64,000 bases of DNA, taken from positions 1 through 64,000 of IMG/VR virus record IMGVR_UViG_3300029955_000013. One strand, given 5' to 3'. This DNA comes from a virus. The notes beneath the pieces were generated by a model that did not search any database, was not told where the DNA came from, and saw only the letters and a program-made list of their open reading frames with translations. How positions within the stretch are numbered: the stretch's first letter is position 1; the number at the start of each line of letters is the position of its first letter. Shown here piece after piece: positions 20,248-29,963 of this stretch. The position numbers and the translations under genes are program-made.

Positions 20248-21536
20248 TGATACCTTGCACGTCGTTCGTTTTTTCAGCCGGGAATCTCATACCATACATA
20301 GACGGGTCATTCGTGCTGCGAATGGTAGGTCTAAGATTCCCGCAAACTGCTTCCACAAGCGTCGTGGGGGCTATATCTTTGACATTCAGCGCCCCTACGA
20401 GCGTGTATGTTGACTTTGGAGACGGCAACTCGACTACGTATAACACTACGTCGTTTGGGGGTAATAACGTCTTCTACATGGGTGATAAAGGAATTAATTC
20501 CACCCAAACCCTGCCACCGTACGCTACGGCGGTACACGTCTATGCGGACGAAACGTCTTCGCCAAGGATAATTTCGTTTAACTTCGACAACAACCTATTA
20601 ACAGGCATAACCGTAGCGCTCATGATACTTTCGCATGGAGACCTGGACTTCGAGTTCGCTAATTACTCAAACTTGAAAACCTTCAATTTTCAGCAGGTCT
20701 CTTCTGTAGTAAATTTGAATCTTTTAAACGCGTCATTGTCGAGCCAGTTAACAAGTATATATATAAACAATACTTTTACATCGACGTCTCCGTATTACAA
20801 CTACATACCATTGGAATTGCTTAACATGCCACTCATCTCGCTTGGCGTTGGCACTGAGGGGTTCGGTGCATCAAATTTCGAAACTAACAATATGGCAAGC
20901 ATCGTAAATTGCGCCGCCACATTACAAACTCTAATAATACAGGGGGCCAACATAGGAGACGACGATCATGGCGAAGGCGCCCTGCCCGCCAACTTTGTCG
21001 ATTTAGTTAACCTGCGCAGCCTCGGTATATACGGGACCCTACACACGACATTTCCAGCCGTTATAAACAGCATGACCTGGCTAACAAGCCTCAATATGGC
21101 TTATACCGGCCACCTTACTGGTTTTGGCGACTTTTCGGCCCTTACAAACCTTACGGCCCTAAGCACCGCTTCTACCCCAAACCTTTCAGTTACGCTTCCT
21201 TCTTGGCTCAACAGCCTCATAAAATTAAAAAGCTGGAATTGGCTTGCAGTAGGCAGCACGATACCTGGCGCGCTTGACACGTTCGTCGGAAACATCTATT
21301 CTTTCGTGACGACGAACGCACCGATAACTGGCGTAAGCACGGACCCCTTCAGGAACATGTCATTCAACATCTCCCCTTACTATATCGGAGACGGCACCGA
21401 GATACCAAGCGGCACCTTCCAACAGCCAACTGGTTACATACTCGGCTCATCAAACGGATCGCCGGCATCGAGCCTGGAGATGATATGGGTCATGACGAAT
21501 CAGTACAAACACAGCTGGGTTTACAGAACAGTCTAA
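20247..21536 (+). CDS. Leucine-rich-repeat protein
   Basis: LxxLxxLxL repeats (LVNLRSLGI, MTWLTSLNM, LTNLTALS, LIKLKSW); N-terminal VDFGDG PKD-like motif. Confidence 0.75.
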   Translation: MIPCTSFVFSAGNLIPYIDGSFVLRMVGLRFPQTASTSVVGAISLTFSAPTSVYVDFGDGNSTTYNTTSFGGNNVFYMGDKGINSTQTLPPYATAVHVYADETSSPRIISFNFDNNLLTGITVALMILSHGDLDFEFANYSNLKTFNFQQVSSVVNLNLLNASLSSQLTSIYINNTFTSTSPYYNYIPLELLNMPLISLGVGTEGFGASNFETNNMASIVNCAATLQTLIIQGANIGDDDHGEGALPANFVDLVNLRSLGIYGTLHTTFPAVINSMTWLTSLNMAYTGHLTGFGDFSALTNLTALSTASTPNLSVTLPSWLNSLIKLKSWNWLAVGSTIPGALDTFVGNIYSFVTTNAPITGVSTDPFRNMSFNISPYYIGDGTEIPSGTFQQPTGYILGSSNGSPASSLEMIWVMTNQYKHSWVYRTV

Positions 21537-21556
21537 GTATATAAATAAATAAAACA

Positions 21557-22294
21557 ATGTGGAACTCAATTATCAGCTTCATTTTGGGCCTCTTCGGCTC
21601 GAATAAGGCAAACACAAGCCAAACACAACAAACGCCCGTAACGGAGCCCGTAACGCCAACCGCGAGCGTCCCTGCCGCACCTGTCGTAGAATCTCCCGCA
21701 GTTACGACGCCTGTCGCGGTCGCGCCTACCCTTGTCGTCGCGCCGGCTGTAAACTACGACAACCCTAAAATAAAAAACGCATACCCAAACGTACCCGTCA
21801 TACAATACCAGAAAACTTCCGTATCTGACGCTGACACGGTGGCGTACATGCTCGGCCTAAACCAACCACTTAACGTAAAGAGAGCCGCGTACACAATATT
21901 CTACATAGAGAGCGCTGACGGCAAGGACGGCTTGAATAACAACTACGAAGGGATTCAGGCGGACGGCGATAAGCTCGGGGAACCGTGGGACGATCTCGTA
22001 ATAGCTACGATCGTAGAGCCCGAGACGATGACCGGCAACCCGAGAAGGTTCTGCGTCTTCGCCAACTGGTCCGACCCTCTCGACTACCTTATAAACAGGG
22101 TATCAGGAAGGGGCCTTTACATAGGCGGCTACGCGCACCCCTACGCAAACATGAACGTCACCGATCCCACGTCGTTCGGCCTCGCTTACTACCGCGAATG
22201 GGTGGAGGGAGACGGAACGGCGACGCCTTCTGCAAGCGACCTAAACGACATCGTGGAGGTCTACAACAAGTCGGTAACAGTAATAACGAAATAA
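21557..22294 (+). CDS. Putative endolysin (lysozyme/glucosaminidase-like) with N-terminal hydrophobic segment and Pro/Val/Ala linker
   Basis: IES..G...NNYEGI and RRFCVF..W motifs resemble GH73-like enzymes. Confidence 0.55.
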   Translation: MWNSIISFILGLFGSNKANTSQTQQTPVTEPVTPTASVPAAPVVESPAVTTPVAVAPTLVVAPAVNYDNPKIKNAYPNVPVIQYQKTSVSDADTVAYMLGLNQPLNVKRAAYTIFYIESADGKDGLNNNYEGIQADGDKLGEPWDDLVIATIVEPETMTGNPRRFCVFANWSDPLDYLINRVSGRGLYIGGYAHPYANMNVTDPTSFGLAYYREWVEGDGTATPSASDLNDIVEVYNKSVTVITK

Positions 22295-22325
22295 AAAAGG
22301 GAGCATTTGCTCCCTTTACTTTTTG
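22293..22325. terminator. Bidirectional terminator between convergent genes
   Basis: AAAGGGAGCA-TT-TGCTCCCTTT flanked by A- and T-tracts. Confidence 0.75.
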
Positions 22326-22690
22326 CCGAACCAGTCGTTCCAACTAACCCAACCATTACCCTCGTACACCTTGTTTGGCGCCGTCGGTATGTTGTCAGGC
22401 CGCTTGCAAGACTTATAATATCTACGCCATTCGTTGAAGCTCTTTATGTTGACATCGTGTATGAACGACCTCGCTTCAACGAATGGCAAAAACGTCTTCT
22501 TATTGTTTATCCAGTCGTTCCAGTTTACCCAGCCACGACCTTTGTAGAATAAGTAAGGGTTAGCCGGCACGTTAGCAGGGCGTTTCCCAGACTCCACGTA
22601 ATCTATCCAGTCGTTGTGCGTCTTTAGTTTAAGCCCATGGACAAACTCCCTCGCCTCCTCAAATGATAAAAAATCTCTCTTAGTGTTCAT
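22316..22690 (-). CDS. Two-repeat protein resembling the 'integrase repeat' unit (putative DNA binding)
   Basis: Twice FL.F.EAR.F.H......W..Y..S.KRP.N.P..P...Y.G.GWV.WNDW. Confidence 0.7.
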   Translation of the reverse strand: MNTKRDFLSFEEAREFVHGLKLKTHNDWIDYVESGKRPANVPANPYLFYKGRGWVNWNDWINNKKTFLPFVEARSFIHDVNIKSFNEWRRYYKSCKRPDNIPTAPNKVYEGNGWVSWNDWFGKK

Positions 22691-22786
22691 AACTAAATTT
22701 TTACTCCTTCTATGTATGTGAACTTCGTCTTTCTTTCCGGTTTAAAACTTTAAATAAAAAATGTCTCGTATCTTACGAATACGAGA

Positions 22787-22794
22787 CAAATATA
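22787..22794 (-). promoter_or_regulatory. Bacteroidota-type -7 promoter element
   Basis: TATATTTG on minus strand upstream of 22690 gene. Confidence 0.5.
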
Positions 22795-22820
22795 CAAACA
22801 AATCCCTGGTGTACAGCCGC

Positions 22821-23186
22821 TTACGAACCGTAATCAATTGCAACTATTCGGCCGTTTAGCCATCCGAAGCTGTCGCTCTTGTGCTCGACCGGAATTACAT
22901 AATCGCCCATATTGCAGAACTTCTCAACTTTGAAGTGCTTAAACTCTTCGTTTTTCATCACCGCGGCCCTCCTCATGACGTTCAGCAAGCCGAGTGGCAG
23001 ACTGAATACGATCTGGCAGAATTTATCGATCGGAAACGCACCTTCTTTAGCATACTCATAAGTCTTATACTCGAATACGTTTGAACGTAGGCCTCCGAGG
23101 AAGTCGGTATAACTATGAAGGGATGGCAGCTTAAACGCGTACCTACCTAAGCAAATAACCCACCTTGTTGCGCCTTTTCGTATCAT
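22821..23186 (-). CDS. Small hypothetical protein, possibly protein-kinase-like fold
   Basis: G.TR.V...AFK.P at N-terminus and H..D.FG......IDYG at C-terminus. Confidence 0.5.
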   Translation of the reverse strand: MIRKGATRWVICLGRYAFKLPSLHSYTDFLGGLRSNVFEYKTYEYAKEGAFPIDKFCQIVFSLPLGLLNVMRRAAVMKNEEFKHFKVEKFCNMGDYVIPVEHKSDSFGWLNGRIVAIDYGS

Positions 23187-23488
23187 TTTACTTTATAGAA
23201 CCTTACAAATTGATTCGGACTGTAATACGCGGAAACTATATCGTTATCTGGATACACACCTACTGCCTGCTCGACCACGAGAATCTGATCCTTGTCGTAC
23301 TGATCGGTGTTGTAGTTGTAGTGGCTCGAGTAGAAGGCATTATAGCAATATATTTTACTGCCGTCCACCATCTCGACGCAGTAGTGTATCTCGCCTGCCT
23401 TGTAGCTCATTTTATCCTCTGTTATGAGAATAAACATAAACAGCCAGATGAAAGCGATAAGTATAAGAATATCACGTATGAACCTCAT
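23183..23488 (-). CDS. Hypothetical membrane-anchored protein
   Basis: N-terminal hydrophobic helix; overlaps neighbours in operon. Confidence 0.55.
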   Translation of the reverse strand: MRFIRDILILIAFIWLFMFILITEDKMSYKAGEIHYCVEMVDGSKIYCYNAFYSSHYNYNTDQYDKDQILVVEQAVGVYPDNDIVSAYYSPNQFVRFYKVK

Positions 23489-24144
23489 TAGTTGTAGAAG
23501 TTGATTAGCTTGTAACCGAGACGCCCTTCGACGCTATCTTTAGTAAGGTCGAGCCTTATCAGGCTGATGTCGTTCTTGGCGTAAATCTTGTTGGCCGCGA
23601 GGAACTCCTCCTTGTGGCCCTTGTAGACGAGTATCTTGTAGTAGTAGTCCGGTATGCTCAACTTGCCGAGCTTCTTGTCAGAGTAGATACAGCCAGTCGT
23701 AACGAAGACGCTATCGTACTGTAAAGCGACCTTCCTGGTGTAGTTCTCCACCATCCTCCACAAACCGCGGTTAAAACTCTTCACCTGCGGTGCGGCGTTC
23801 GTGTAAAGCATAGACTCGGCCTGTGCGATGCTGTCAAACCTAAAGTCGTCGTCTGGTGCGAGGTGACCGCGATCGTAAATGTCGTTGTACTCACTGCCGT
23901 TGCTCTGCAGCCTCTTAGGCAGTGAAGTATCCATCTTGAACGGCGTCCTGTCGTAAGTGCCTACTTCGTGAGCCTTAGTCAACCAATACTCGGTGTAAAG
24001 TGGAACGAACCTCGTCGTGTCGAAATCGCTAACGTAAAAATGCTTCCTCAAAACCACCGAAGGCGAACCGCCATCGTCGAAAGACAACATCAAGCAGACC
24101 ACAAAGAGATACACACAAGTCAATAAACCAATAATCCTCTTCAT
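23488..24144 (-). CDS. DNA/RNA non-specific endonuclease (NucA/EndoG type) with N-terminal signal/anchor
   Basis: YDRGHLAP, TNAAPQ..FNRGLW..VE, IPDYYYK motifs. Confidence 0.9.
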   Translation of the reverse strand: MKRIIGLLTCVYLFVVCLMLSFDDGGSPSVVLRKHFYVSDFDTTRFVPLYTEYWLTKAHEVGTYDRTPFKMDTSLPKRLQSNGSEYNDIYDRGHLAPDDDFRFDSIAQAESMLYTNAAPQVKSFNRGLWRMVENYTRKVALQYDSVFVTTGCIYSDKKLGKLSIPDYYYKILVYKGHKEEFLAANKIYAKNDISLIRLDLTKDSVEGRLGYKLINFYN

Positions 24145-24157
24145 TCATAAATTTTTA

Positions 24158-24165
24158 CAAATGTA
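24158..24165 (-). promoter_or_regulatory. Bacteroidota-type -7 promoter element
   Basis: TACATTTG on minus strand 13 bp before the nuclease start. Confidence 0.6.
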
Positions 24166-24213
24166 GTACAAAATCCTTGAATATGTCAAAACTGGAGTTA
24201 CATAACACCACAC

Positions 24214-24270
24214 CTGGAACTTTCTATTATAATATATACAATATATCCGTATATAGTGCGCGGATTTCAC
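24214..24270. repeat. 57-bp perfect inverted repeat, left copy
   Basis: CTGGAACTTTCTATTATAATATATACAATATATCCGTATATAGTGCGCGGATTTCAC is the exact reverse complement of 42974-43030. Confidence 0.95.
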
Positions 24271-24276
24271 GGCCAG

Positions 24277-24285
24277 TATTTAAAA
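24277..24285 (+). promoter_or_regulatory. Putative phage late promoter TATTTAAA(A), representative copy
   Basis: Same motif shortly before starts at 744, 5100, 8075, 9586, 10197, 18523, 24747, 28224, 28673, 29942, 42945(-), 43356, 43817, 45418, 62766. Confidence 0.65.
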
Positions 24286-24290
24286 ATAAG

Positions 24291-24746
24291 ATGAAAGCAA
24301 AGAAACTAAAACCTCTTAAGCCGCTGAAAACCATTGCAAAGATCAAAAAAAAGAGGAAAAAGAGGCCAATAACGAAGGAAACAGTAGGAACTTCTAAACT
24401 CGAAAAAAAATTCGGGGAATTCATGAATAGCATCGGGATTGAGTTTGATACACAGTTTCAGCTTTCGTGGAAATTCTACGACTTCATCATAAAGGACACC
24501 AATATAGTTGTAGAAATGGATGGTGACTTCTGGCACTGCAACCCTGCGGTTTACAAAAATGGTCCAATAAACAGCCAACAAAAGAAGGCAAAAAAAAACG
24601 ACAAGCTTAAAAATCACTTGGCGGAAGTGGCCGGCTACGACTTAGTAAGAATATGGGAAAAAGACTTCAAAGACAACCAAGACATGGTTAAAGAACTGTT
24701 ACTTAAAAAGCTCGAAAAGTATCATGAGAAGAAGAAAAATAAGTAA
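24291..24746 (+). CDS. DUF559/Vsr-like PD-(D/E)xK endonuclease
   Basis: TSKLEK, YDF, VEMDGDFWH, LVRIWE; ATG at 24291 follows the late motif. Confidence 0.8.
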   Translation: MKAKKLKPLKPLKTIAKIKKKRKKRPITKETVGTSKLEKKFGEFMNSIGIEFDTQFQLSWKFYDFIIKDTNIVVEMDGDFWHCNPAVYKNGPINSQQKKAKKNDKLKNHLAEVAGYDLVRIWEKDFKDNQDMVKELLLKKLEKYHEKKKNK

Positions 24747-24765
24747 TATTTAAAATAAAAAATCA

Positions 24766-25419
24766 ATGTGTGATATAAACAAAAGCTGTTCTTGCGGTTG
24801 CAAAAAAGATCTTAAAGAGAGCATAGAAACCAAAAAGTTCATGATACTCGCGAAAGATCCTGACGGTTCGCTTGAGAGTATAATGAAGGCATTACAAACG
24901 AGAGGAAACACTGGTCACTCATTCTCTGTGGAAATGGACAAAGATGATGATGATGGCGGGGAAATTTTCGGTTGGGATGGCGACGGTGGAGCATACATAA
25001 AGAGCATCGAGGTGGAAACCATCGACGATAAGAAGAAGAAGAACAAGGAGGAACTCGACGAGGACGTGAAGGCTGACGATGCCGCGTATTACGAGAAGGA
25101 AGCAAAGGCCCTCGCCAAGAACGGCTACAAGAGGGAGGCGGCTAAAGTGAAAAACAAAGCTAAGCTCGCAGCGCAAGGCAAGCTCGTAGACGGTGAGCTC
25201 GTCGAGGCGAAGATGAACCTTAAGATCACGTCGAATACGAAGAGGGAGCTCATCAAGCAGGCCAAGACCGCGCTCGACTCGATATACAACATATACAACA
25301 TTTGCGAGAAGCAAGGCATAACTGTAGCGGCGTTCATGAGGGACCTTGACATGGCTTTCGAGGGGACAAACGAGATGCTGACCGCCTTGGTTATACAGGA
25401 CTCTGTGGAAAAGAAATAA
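24766..25419 (+). CDS. Hypothetical late protein, possible internal head protein
   Basis: Late motif upstream; highly charged; LKE/LDE/LVE motifs. Confidence 0.55.
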   Translation: MCDINKSCSCGCKKDLKESIETKKFMILAKDPDGSLESIMKALQTRGNTGHSFSVEMDKDDDDGGEIFGWDGDGGAYIKSIEVETIDDKKKKNKEELDEDVKADDAAYYEKEAKALAKNGYKREAAKVKNKAKLAAQGKLVDGELVEAKMNLKITSNTKRELIKQAKTALDSIYNIYNICEKQGITVAAFMRDLDMAFEGTNEMLTALVIQDSVEKK

Positions 25420-25533
25420 ATACTGATAAAAATGATTATAAATGACGACAATTAGTCGTCATTTTTTATTTATGATGAAATAAAATAAATTCAAAATAAT
25501 TAAAAAATAGCATATATAACCGGATATAAATAA

Positions 25534-28188
25534 ATGGCAAATAAAAAGAGTAATTTCTTCAACAATATGAGTAATTTCTTCAAAAAGGTCGACGGCAGCG
25601 ATCTGATGAAGTTTACAGACAACGGCATTAAGACGTTCGATACGCCTATCTCAAGGAGAGAACTCGATAAGAAAAGGGAACTCCAGGTGTTCAGGCAGTA
25701 CCTCCAGTCGAAGAACTGGACCCAGAAGCACATAGAGTTGTATGACGAATACAGGAGGATGGACAACACGTTCCCTATAATAAATGCAGCTATAAGGTTG
25801 TACGGCCAAGAGGTATGTTTGACTGGGGATACGATAGTTACCACGCCTGGCGGTGACAAGACCATAAGGGAGTTATACAATACTAAGAAGGACTCATTCT
25901 ACGTGAAGTCATTTGACAAGATGTTCAACAGGGTAGAGTGGAATGAGGCGACCAACATACAGAACAATGGTGTCAAGCCGGTATTCAAGGTTACCGTCGC
26001 GAGGAACATAAGCTACGACTCCGCGGAGTGGGACAACAAGCTCGAGGCGTCGTTCAAGTGCACCGACAACCACGAGATAATGGTCGGGCCTGGGTTGTTC
26101 AAGCAACTCAAGGACCTTAGGGTGGGCGACAAGATATGGTCTATGTATTACTCTGTAGACCCCGCATGTAGTTGTAAGGTGGCAAACTTCAACACTACTG
26201 TGATAGAGAGTATAGAATCGGCCGGCGAGGAGGAAGTATTCGATCTCGTACACGTGGTCCCTAACCACCACTTTATGATTAAGTTGACTGATAGCTTCTA
26301 TGTTAGCGTGCATAACTGTACGAAGGACACGGATGGTAACGTTATCAAGATCATAACGGAGGACAAGAGGATAAAGAAACTGCTCGAAGACTGCTTCTAC
26401 AAAAACCTAAAAATAAATTCAACATCGTATTACCACGTAAGGAGCCTGCTGAAATTCGGCAACCACTATTCCTTCTTGGACACGAGGCAGGGTGTAGGTG
26501 TACTTGATCTAATCCATCTGCCACCAGAGTCGATAAGGATACAACTTCTTGACAATTCAGCGAGCCTCGATGATTTCAAGTACACTTGGTACGGTCATGG
26601 TCTTGAGTTCGAGCCTTGGGAGATAGTTCACTGGAAGAACATAGAGGATCTTGAAACTGAGCCGTACGGCCAGTCGATCTTGAGGTCTATAGTAGACACC
26701 TACAGAAGGATAATACTGATGAGGGAGGCTATGATAATATACAGGATTACTCGTGCACCACAGAGGCTCCTTTTCAAAATAGATACTACTGGTCTTGGTG
26801 CTGACGATGCGCTTAGGTATGCTGCAGAGTTGAAGAAGCAGATGATGAAGAGGCCGCTTGTTAATCCAATGACAGGTGAGCTTGACTACAAGCATAATCC
26901 GATCTCTATTATGGAGAACCTTTACATGCCAACTGTTGAGGGTGATACGTCTGACGTTAGGGTGCTCGAAGGTGCAACTAATATGGGCGACCTCGAGGAC
27001 TACAAGATAATAAAGGACGATTTGTTTGCCGGCCTATTGATACCTAAGAGTTACTTGACGTTTGAGGAGGATTTGTGCCTTAGGGAGAACACAAAGATAC
27101 TTACCACAGACGGCGTCCTAACTATAGGCGAGATTTCGAGGCTCCTGGAGAGCGACGAGCCGAAGAAGATATACTCTTTATCTTCAAACAAGTATGGCAT
27201 CATACTTAGCGGCAAGATACTTTGGTGTAAAAAGACAAAAGTCGTGGATATGCTTTATAGGATAACCATAAATGGTAAGCACATAGTTGAATCGACGGAT
27301 AACCACCCATTCATGCTCGAAAACTTGAGCTACAGGAGGGCGGATGAGCTTAAGATCGGTGATAGGTTAAAAAACATATTTGATGAGGACTATTACGTTT
27401 CAGACATAGAGGTTTTGAATCTCGATGTCGAAGAATACGTGTATGACCTTGAGGTTGATGAGTATCACAACTTTGCTCTTGAGAGTGGTGTATTTGTTCA
27501 CAATAGTAACAAAGCCGCCCTCGCGCAAGAGGATTTGCGTTTCGCTGGTGCGATTAGGCAGTATCAGGGCAACTACATAGAGGGGTTGCTGCACATAGCA
27601 CTTGTCCATCTACACATGAATGGCTGTTCGCAAGAGGAACTCGGGTCGTTCCAGATACAGATGAACATAAACTCAACCCTTGCCGAGAAGACTAAGAATG
27701 AACTGTTGCAGCAGAGAATAGACCTTGTTAAGAGTGCTTGGGATCCTTCTAATCCTGGTCTAAATGTTATGTCTTACACTGATAGTTTGAAGGAGTTGCT
27801 TCACTACACCGACGAGGAGATTGAGAAGACTTTCAAGGACCAGATGATAGAGAAAAAGATAAACTGGAGACTTTCACAGTTGAATGAGAATGGGTTCTAC
27901 GAGGAGCCTGCAAGCGAGCAAAGGAAAGCATCGCTGCTTGGTATGAGCAGTGAGAACAACGTGTTTTCAAACCTTAACTTCGAGGGTGTTGATAGTACAC
28001 CAGATATTAAGAGAATACTAACAGAGAAGCTCAATATGGAAATAAATGCGTTGCTGCACAAGGTGACTGCGTCCCCGTCCTTGAAGATGATAGAGTCTGT
28101 TATAAGCGAGAATTATAATTATACGAGCAAGCTTAGCAAGACGAGGAGGAACGCAATACGTGTCAAGAAGGAATTGGGTCTCGATTAA
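25534..28188 (+). CDS. T4 gp20-like portal protein containing two inteins (574 aa after splicing)
   Basis: PYGQSIL, LMREAMIIYRITRAPQR..FKID, EDYK..KDDLFAGLLIPKSYL, LAQEDLRFA motifs. Confidence 0.92.
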   Translation: MANKKSNFFNNMSNFFKKVDGSDLMKFTDNGIKTFDTPISRRELDKKRELQVFRQYLQSKNWTQKHIELYDEYRRMDNTFPIINAAIRLYGQEVCLTGDTIVTTPGGDKTIRELYNTKKDSFYVKSFDKMFNRVEWNEATNIQNNGVKPVFKVTVARNISYDSAEWDNKLEASFKCTDNHEIMVGPGLFKQLKDLRVGDKIWSMYYSVDPACSCKVANFNTTVIESIESAGEEEVFDLVHVVPNHHFMIKLTDSFYVSVHNCTKDTDGNVIKIITEDKRIKKLLEDCFYKNLKINSTSYYHVRSLLKFGNHYSFLDTRQGVGVLDLIHLPPESIRIQLLDNSASLDDFKYTWYGHGLEFEPWEIVHWKNIEDLETEPYGQSILRSIVDTYRRIILMREAMIIYRITRAPQRLLFKIDTTGLGADDALRYAAELKKQMMKRPLVNPMTGELDYKHNPISIMENLYMPTVEGDTSDVRVLEGATNMGDLEDYKIIKDDLFAGLLIPKSYLTFEEDLCLRENTKILTTDGVLTIGEISRLLESDEPKKIYSLSSNKYGIILSGKILWCKKTKVVDMLYRITINGKHIVESTDNHPFMLENLSYRRADELKIGDRLKNIFDEDYYVSDIEVLNLDVEEYVYDLEVDEYHNFALESGVFVHNSNKAALAQEDLRFAGAIRQYQGNYIEGLLHIALVHLHMNGCSQEELGSFQIQMNINSTLAEKTKNELLQQRIDLVKSAWDPSNPGLNVMSYTDSLKELLHYTDEEIEKTFKDQMIEKKINWRLSQLNENGFYEEPASEQRKASLLGMSSENNVFSNLNFEGVDSTPDIKRILTEKLNMEINALLHKVTASPSLKMIESVISENYNYTSKLSKTRRNAIRVKKELGLD
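25816..26316 (+). mobile_element. Mini-intein 1 in portal (167 aa)
   Basis: Starts CLTGDT, block B TDNH, ends VSVHN followed by Cys; too short for an endonuclease. Confidence 0.9.
27076..27504 (+). mobile_element. Mini-intein 2 in portal (143 aa)
   Basis: Starts CLRENT, TDNHPF, VYDLEV..YHNF...GVFVHN followed by Ser. Confidence 0.92.
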
Positions 28189-28248
28189 GTGTGTTCGCGT
28201 AGTTTAAAAAACAACGAGAATACTATTTAAAAAAGAAAATTATTAGTA

Positions 28249-28623
28249 ATGAGCATCTTACTGGACACGGGTATTATACAAGGCCTTGGTAATGATATTT
28301 TGGTATCCATAGGTGCTGCCGCTGCTTCATTGATTGGCGGTTACATACTTATCAGGGAGAGGATCCTGAAGAACGAGTTGAAAACCAACGCTATGTCAGA
28401 GTACATCGACGGGAAGTATCAGTTGCTCGAGAACAAGATAGCGGAACTGCAAAAAGACATATTAGAGTTCAAGCAGCTTAACAAGGAGACGACCAACTCG
28501 CTGATAGAAAATACGGCGGCCATAAGGGAATTAAAGGCTGTTCTCTACATACTAAAGGAACAGCTTGGCGTCAAGGGCGCCAGGAAGGTTCGGAACATGA
28601 TTGAAGATGAAATTGAAAATTAA
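28249..28623 (+). CDS. Membrane protein with one TM helix and coiled coil (holin-like candidate)
   Basis: Hydrophobic residues ~17-34, then heptad-rich region. Confidence 0.5.
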   Translation: MSILLDTGIIQGLGNDILVSIGAAAASLIGGYILIRERILKNELKTNAMSEYIDGKYQLLENKIAELQKDILEFKQLNKETTNSLIENTAAIRELKAVLYILKEQLGVKGARKVRNMIEDEIEN

Positions 28624-28632
28624 TATAAATAC

Positions 28633-28661
28633 GAGGCCACCTTATGGTGGCCTCTTTGTTT
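28633..28661 (+). terminator. Intrinsic terminator
   Basis: GAGGCCACC-TTAT-GGTGGCCTC then TTTGTTT. Confidence 0.8.
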
Positions 28662-28691
28662 ACTCTAATTAGTATTTAAAATTAAAATGCA

Positions 28692-29147
28692 ATGAGTCAG
28701 CCATCCGGTTTTAATACTTTTACTACTGATTACGACAAGGTTGATCTTATAGACATAAACACTTGGGCGTACAAGAAGACTTACGATGAGAAGCCTTTCC
28801 TTGTTGTGCCGAATTATAAGTTTAACTTAAAGCTCGGCGACACGATGCCTTGTTTCAGATGCTTCGTAAAGAAACTTGGGGAGCAATTCGGCGACCCAAT
28901 AACGTTGCCGAACTTGGACCAGTACGTTATATACTTGAATGTATTTAACTACAGCGACAACATAATATTCAAGGGCAGGATGAATATAGTTAATCTTTCG
29001 TTGGGTGAGCTTGGCTATCAGATGACGCACCTGGACTTCTCTTGCGCTGGTGTTTATTACGCCGAAGTGGAATTCACAGACCCTAACGGGATGATATTTA
29101 CGCTGCCGGACACGCATATTAAGTATGAAATAATAGTAAGAGAGTAA
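28692..29147 (+). CDS. BppU-like baseplate/virion Ig-fold protein
   Basis: LKLGDT.P, G...Y....DF..AG.Y.AEVEFT...G...T.P pattern. Confidence 0.6.
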   Translation: MSQPSGFNTFTTDYDKVDLIDINTWAYKKTYDEKPFLVVPNYKFNLKLGDTMPCFRCFVKKLGEQFGDPITLPNLDQYVIYLNVFNYSDNIIFKGRMNIVNLSLGELGYQMTHLDFSCAGVYYAEVEFTDPNGMIFTLPDTHIKYEIIVRE

Positions 29148-29569
29148 TGTCAAGAGGCCAAACAAACTTTTGGAACAACGGCCAGGTTAAGTGGGTCGAC
29201 AAGACCAACAACACGCCTGCACAAGCTGCCGTGGTGCCTTCGTACAACGACATATTAACGCAGAACCTGATAGGCTGTGATGTTAAGACGGACATCGTAA
29301 ACGTGTCCATGAAGATAGAAAAGAATGGCACCATACTGAAGCTTTTCAACATAGCTGATATAGTTTCTTGGCAGATTGACAACAACATAATAAAGCTGTT
29401 TATGAAGTCTTCGGCTCCTTATTCACTTCTGTTCATATCGGTTGCGCAAGCCGTGAAGGCGGACCTGAGGATGTATCTCATTACAAACGGGAACGACATA
29501 CAAGGCTGCGACGATGACCAGGCTTACGTTTGTGGCTCTATTGGAAACTTAAACGCAATATTTGAATAA
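29147..29569 (+). CDS. Hypothetical virion-region protein
   Basis: TAATG-coupled; similar layout to next ORF (C.V...PY...F......A..R......NG). Confidence 0.6.
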   Translation: MSRGQTNFWNNGQVKWVDKTNNTPAQAAVVPSYNDILTQNLIGCDVKTDIVNVSMKIEKNGTILKLFNIADIVSWQIDNNIIKLFMKSSAPYSLLFISVAQAVKADLRMYLITNGNDIQGCDDDQAYVCGSIGNLNAIFE

Positions 29570-29934
29570 TGCTTACAGGATCAGATTTTTTCTCGGATGG
29601 CAGCCCGATGTGGAGCCCGGTGTACAACAGCTCAAAGGCGGTTACAATAATTCCCGTTTCGCAGGGCCAGAACAACGTCCTGGAGGGGCTCGTGTGTAAC
29701 GACGTGGAGGTGGACAGCAACACGGCTTGTTTCACTGTTAATAAAAACACACAGTTCATATTCGTGGAGAGGGCGCAGATAAACGTCATACAGGTACAGG
29801 GGTCCATGCTGACGGTAAATACGATGGACAACGTGCCGTACGTCATGGTGTTCGTTGACTCCGCCAATATGAATTCGGCATTGACGAGAATAACCGCGAT
29901 GATGAATGGCGAATTTGATCCAGGTTGTGCATAA
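29569..29934 (+). CDS. Hypothetical protein, probable paralogue of 29147 ORF
   Basis: TAATG-coupled; shared motif pattern. Confidence 0.6.
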   Translation: MLTGSDFFSDGSPMWSPVYNSSKAVTIIPVSQGQNNVLEGLVCNDVEVDSNTACFTVNKNTQFIFVERAQINVIQVQGSMLTVNTMDNVPYVMVFVDSANMNSALTRITAMMNGEFDPGCA

Positions 29935-29963
29935 TAGTTAATATTTAAAAAACAAATTAATAA

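Noticed and set aside
24177-24290. N-terminal extension of the DUF559 ORF from the tracked TTG start
   Set aside because: It runs through the 57-bp repeat and the late promoter motif; ATG 24291 is the better start.
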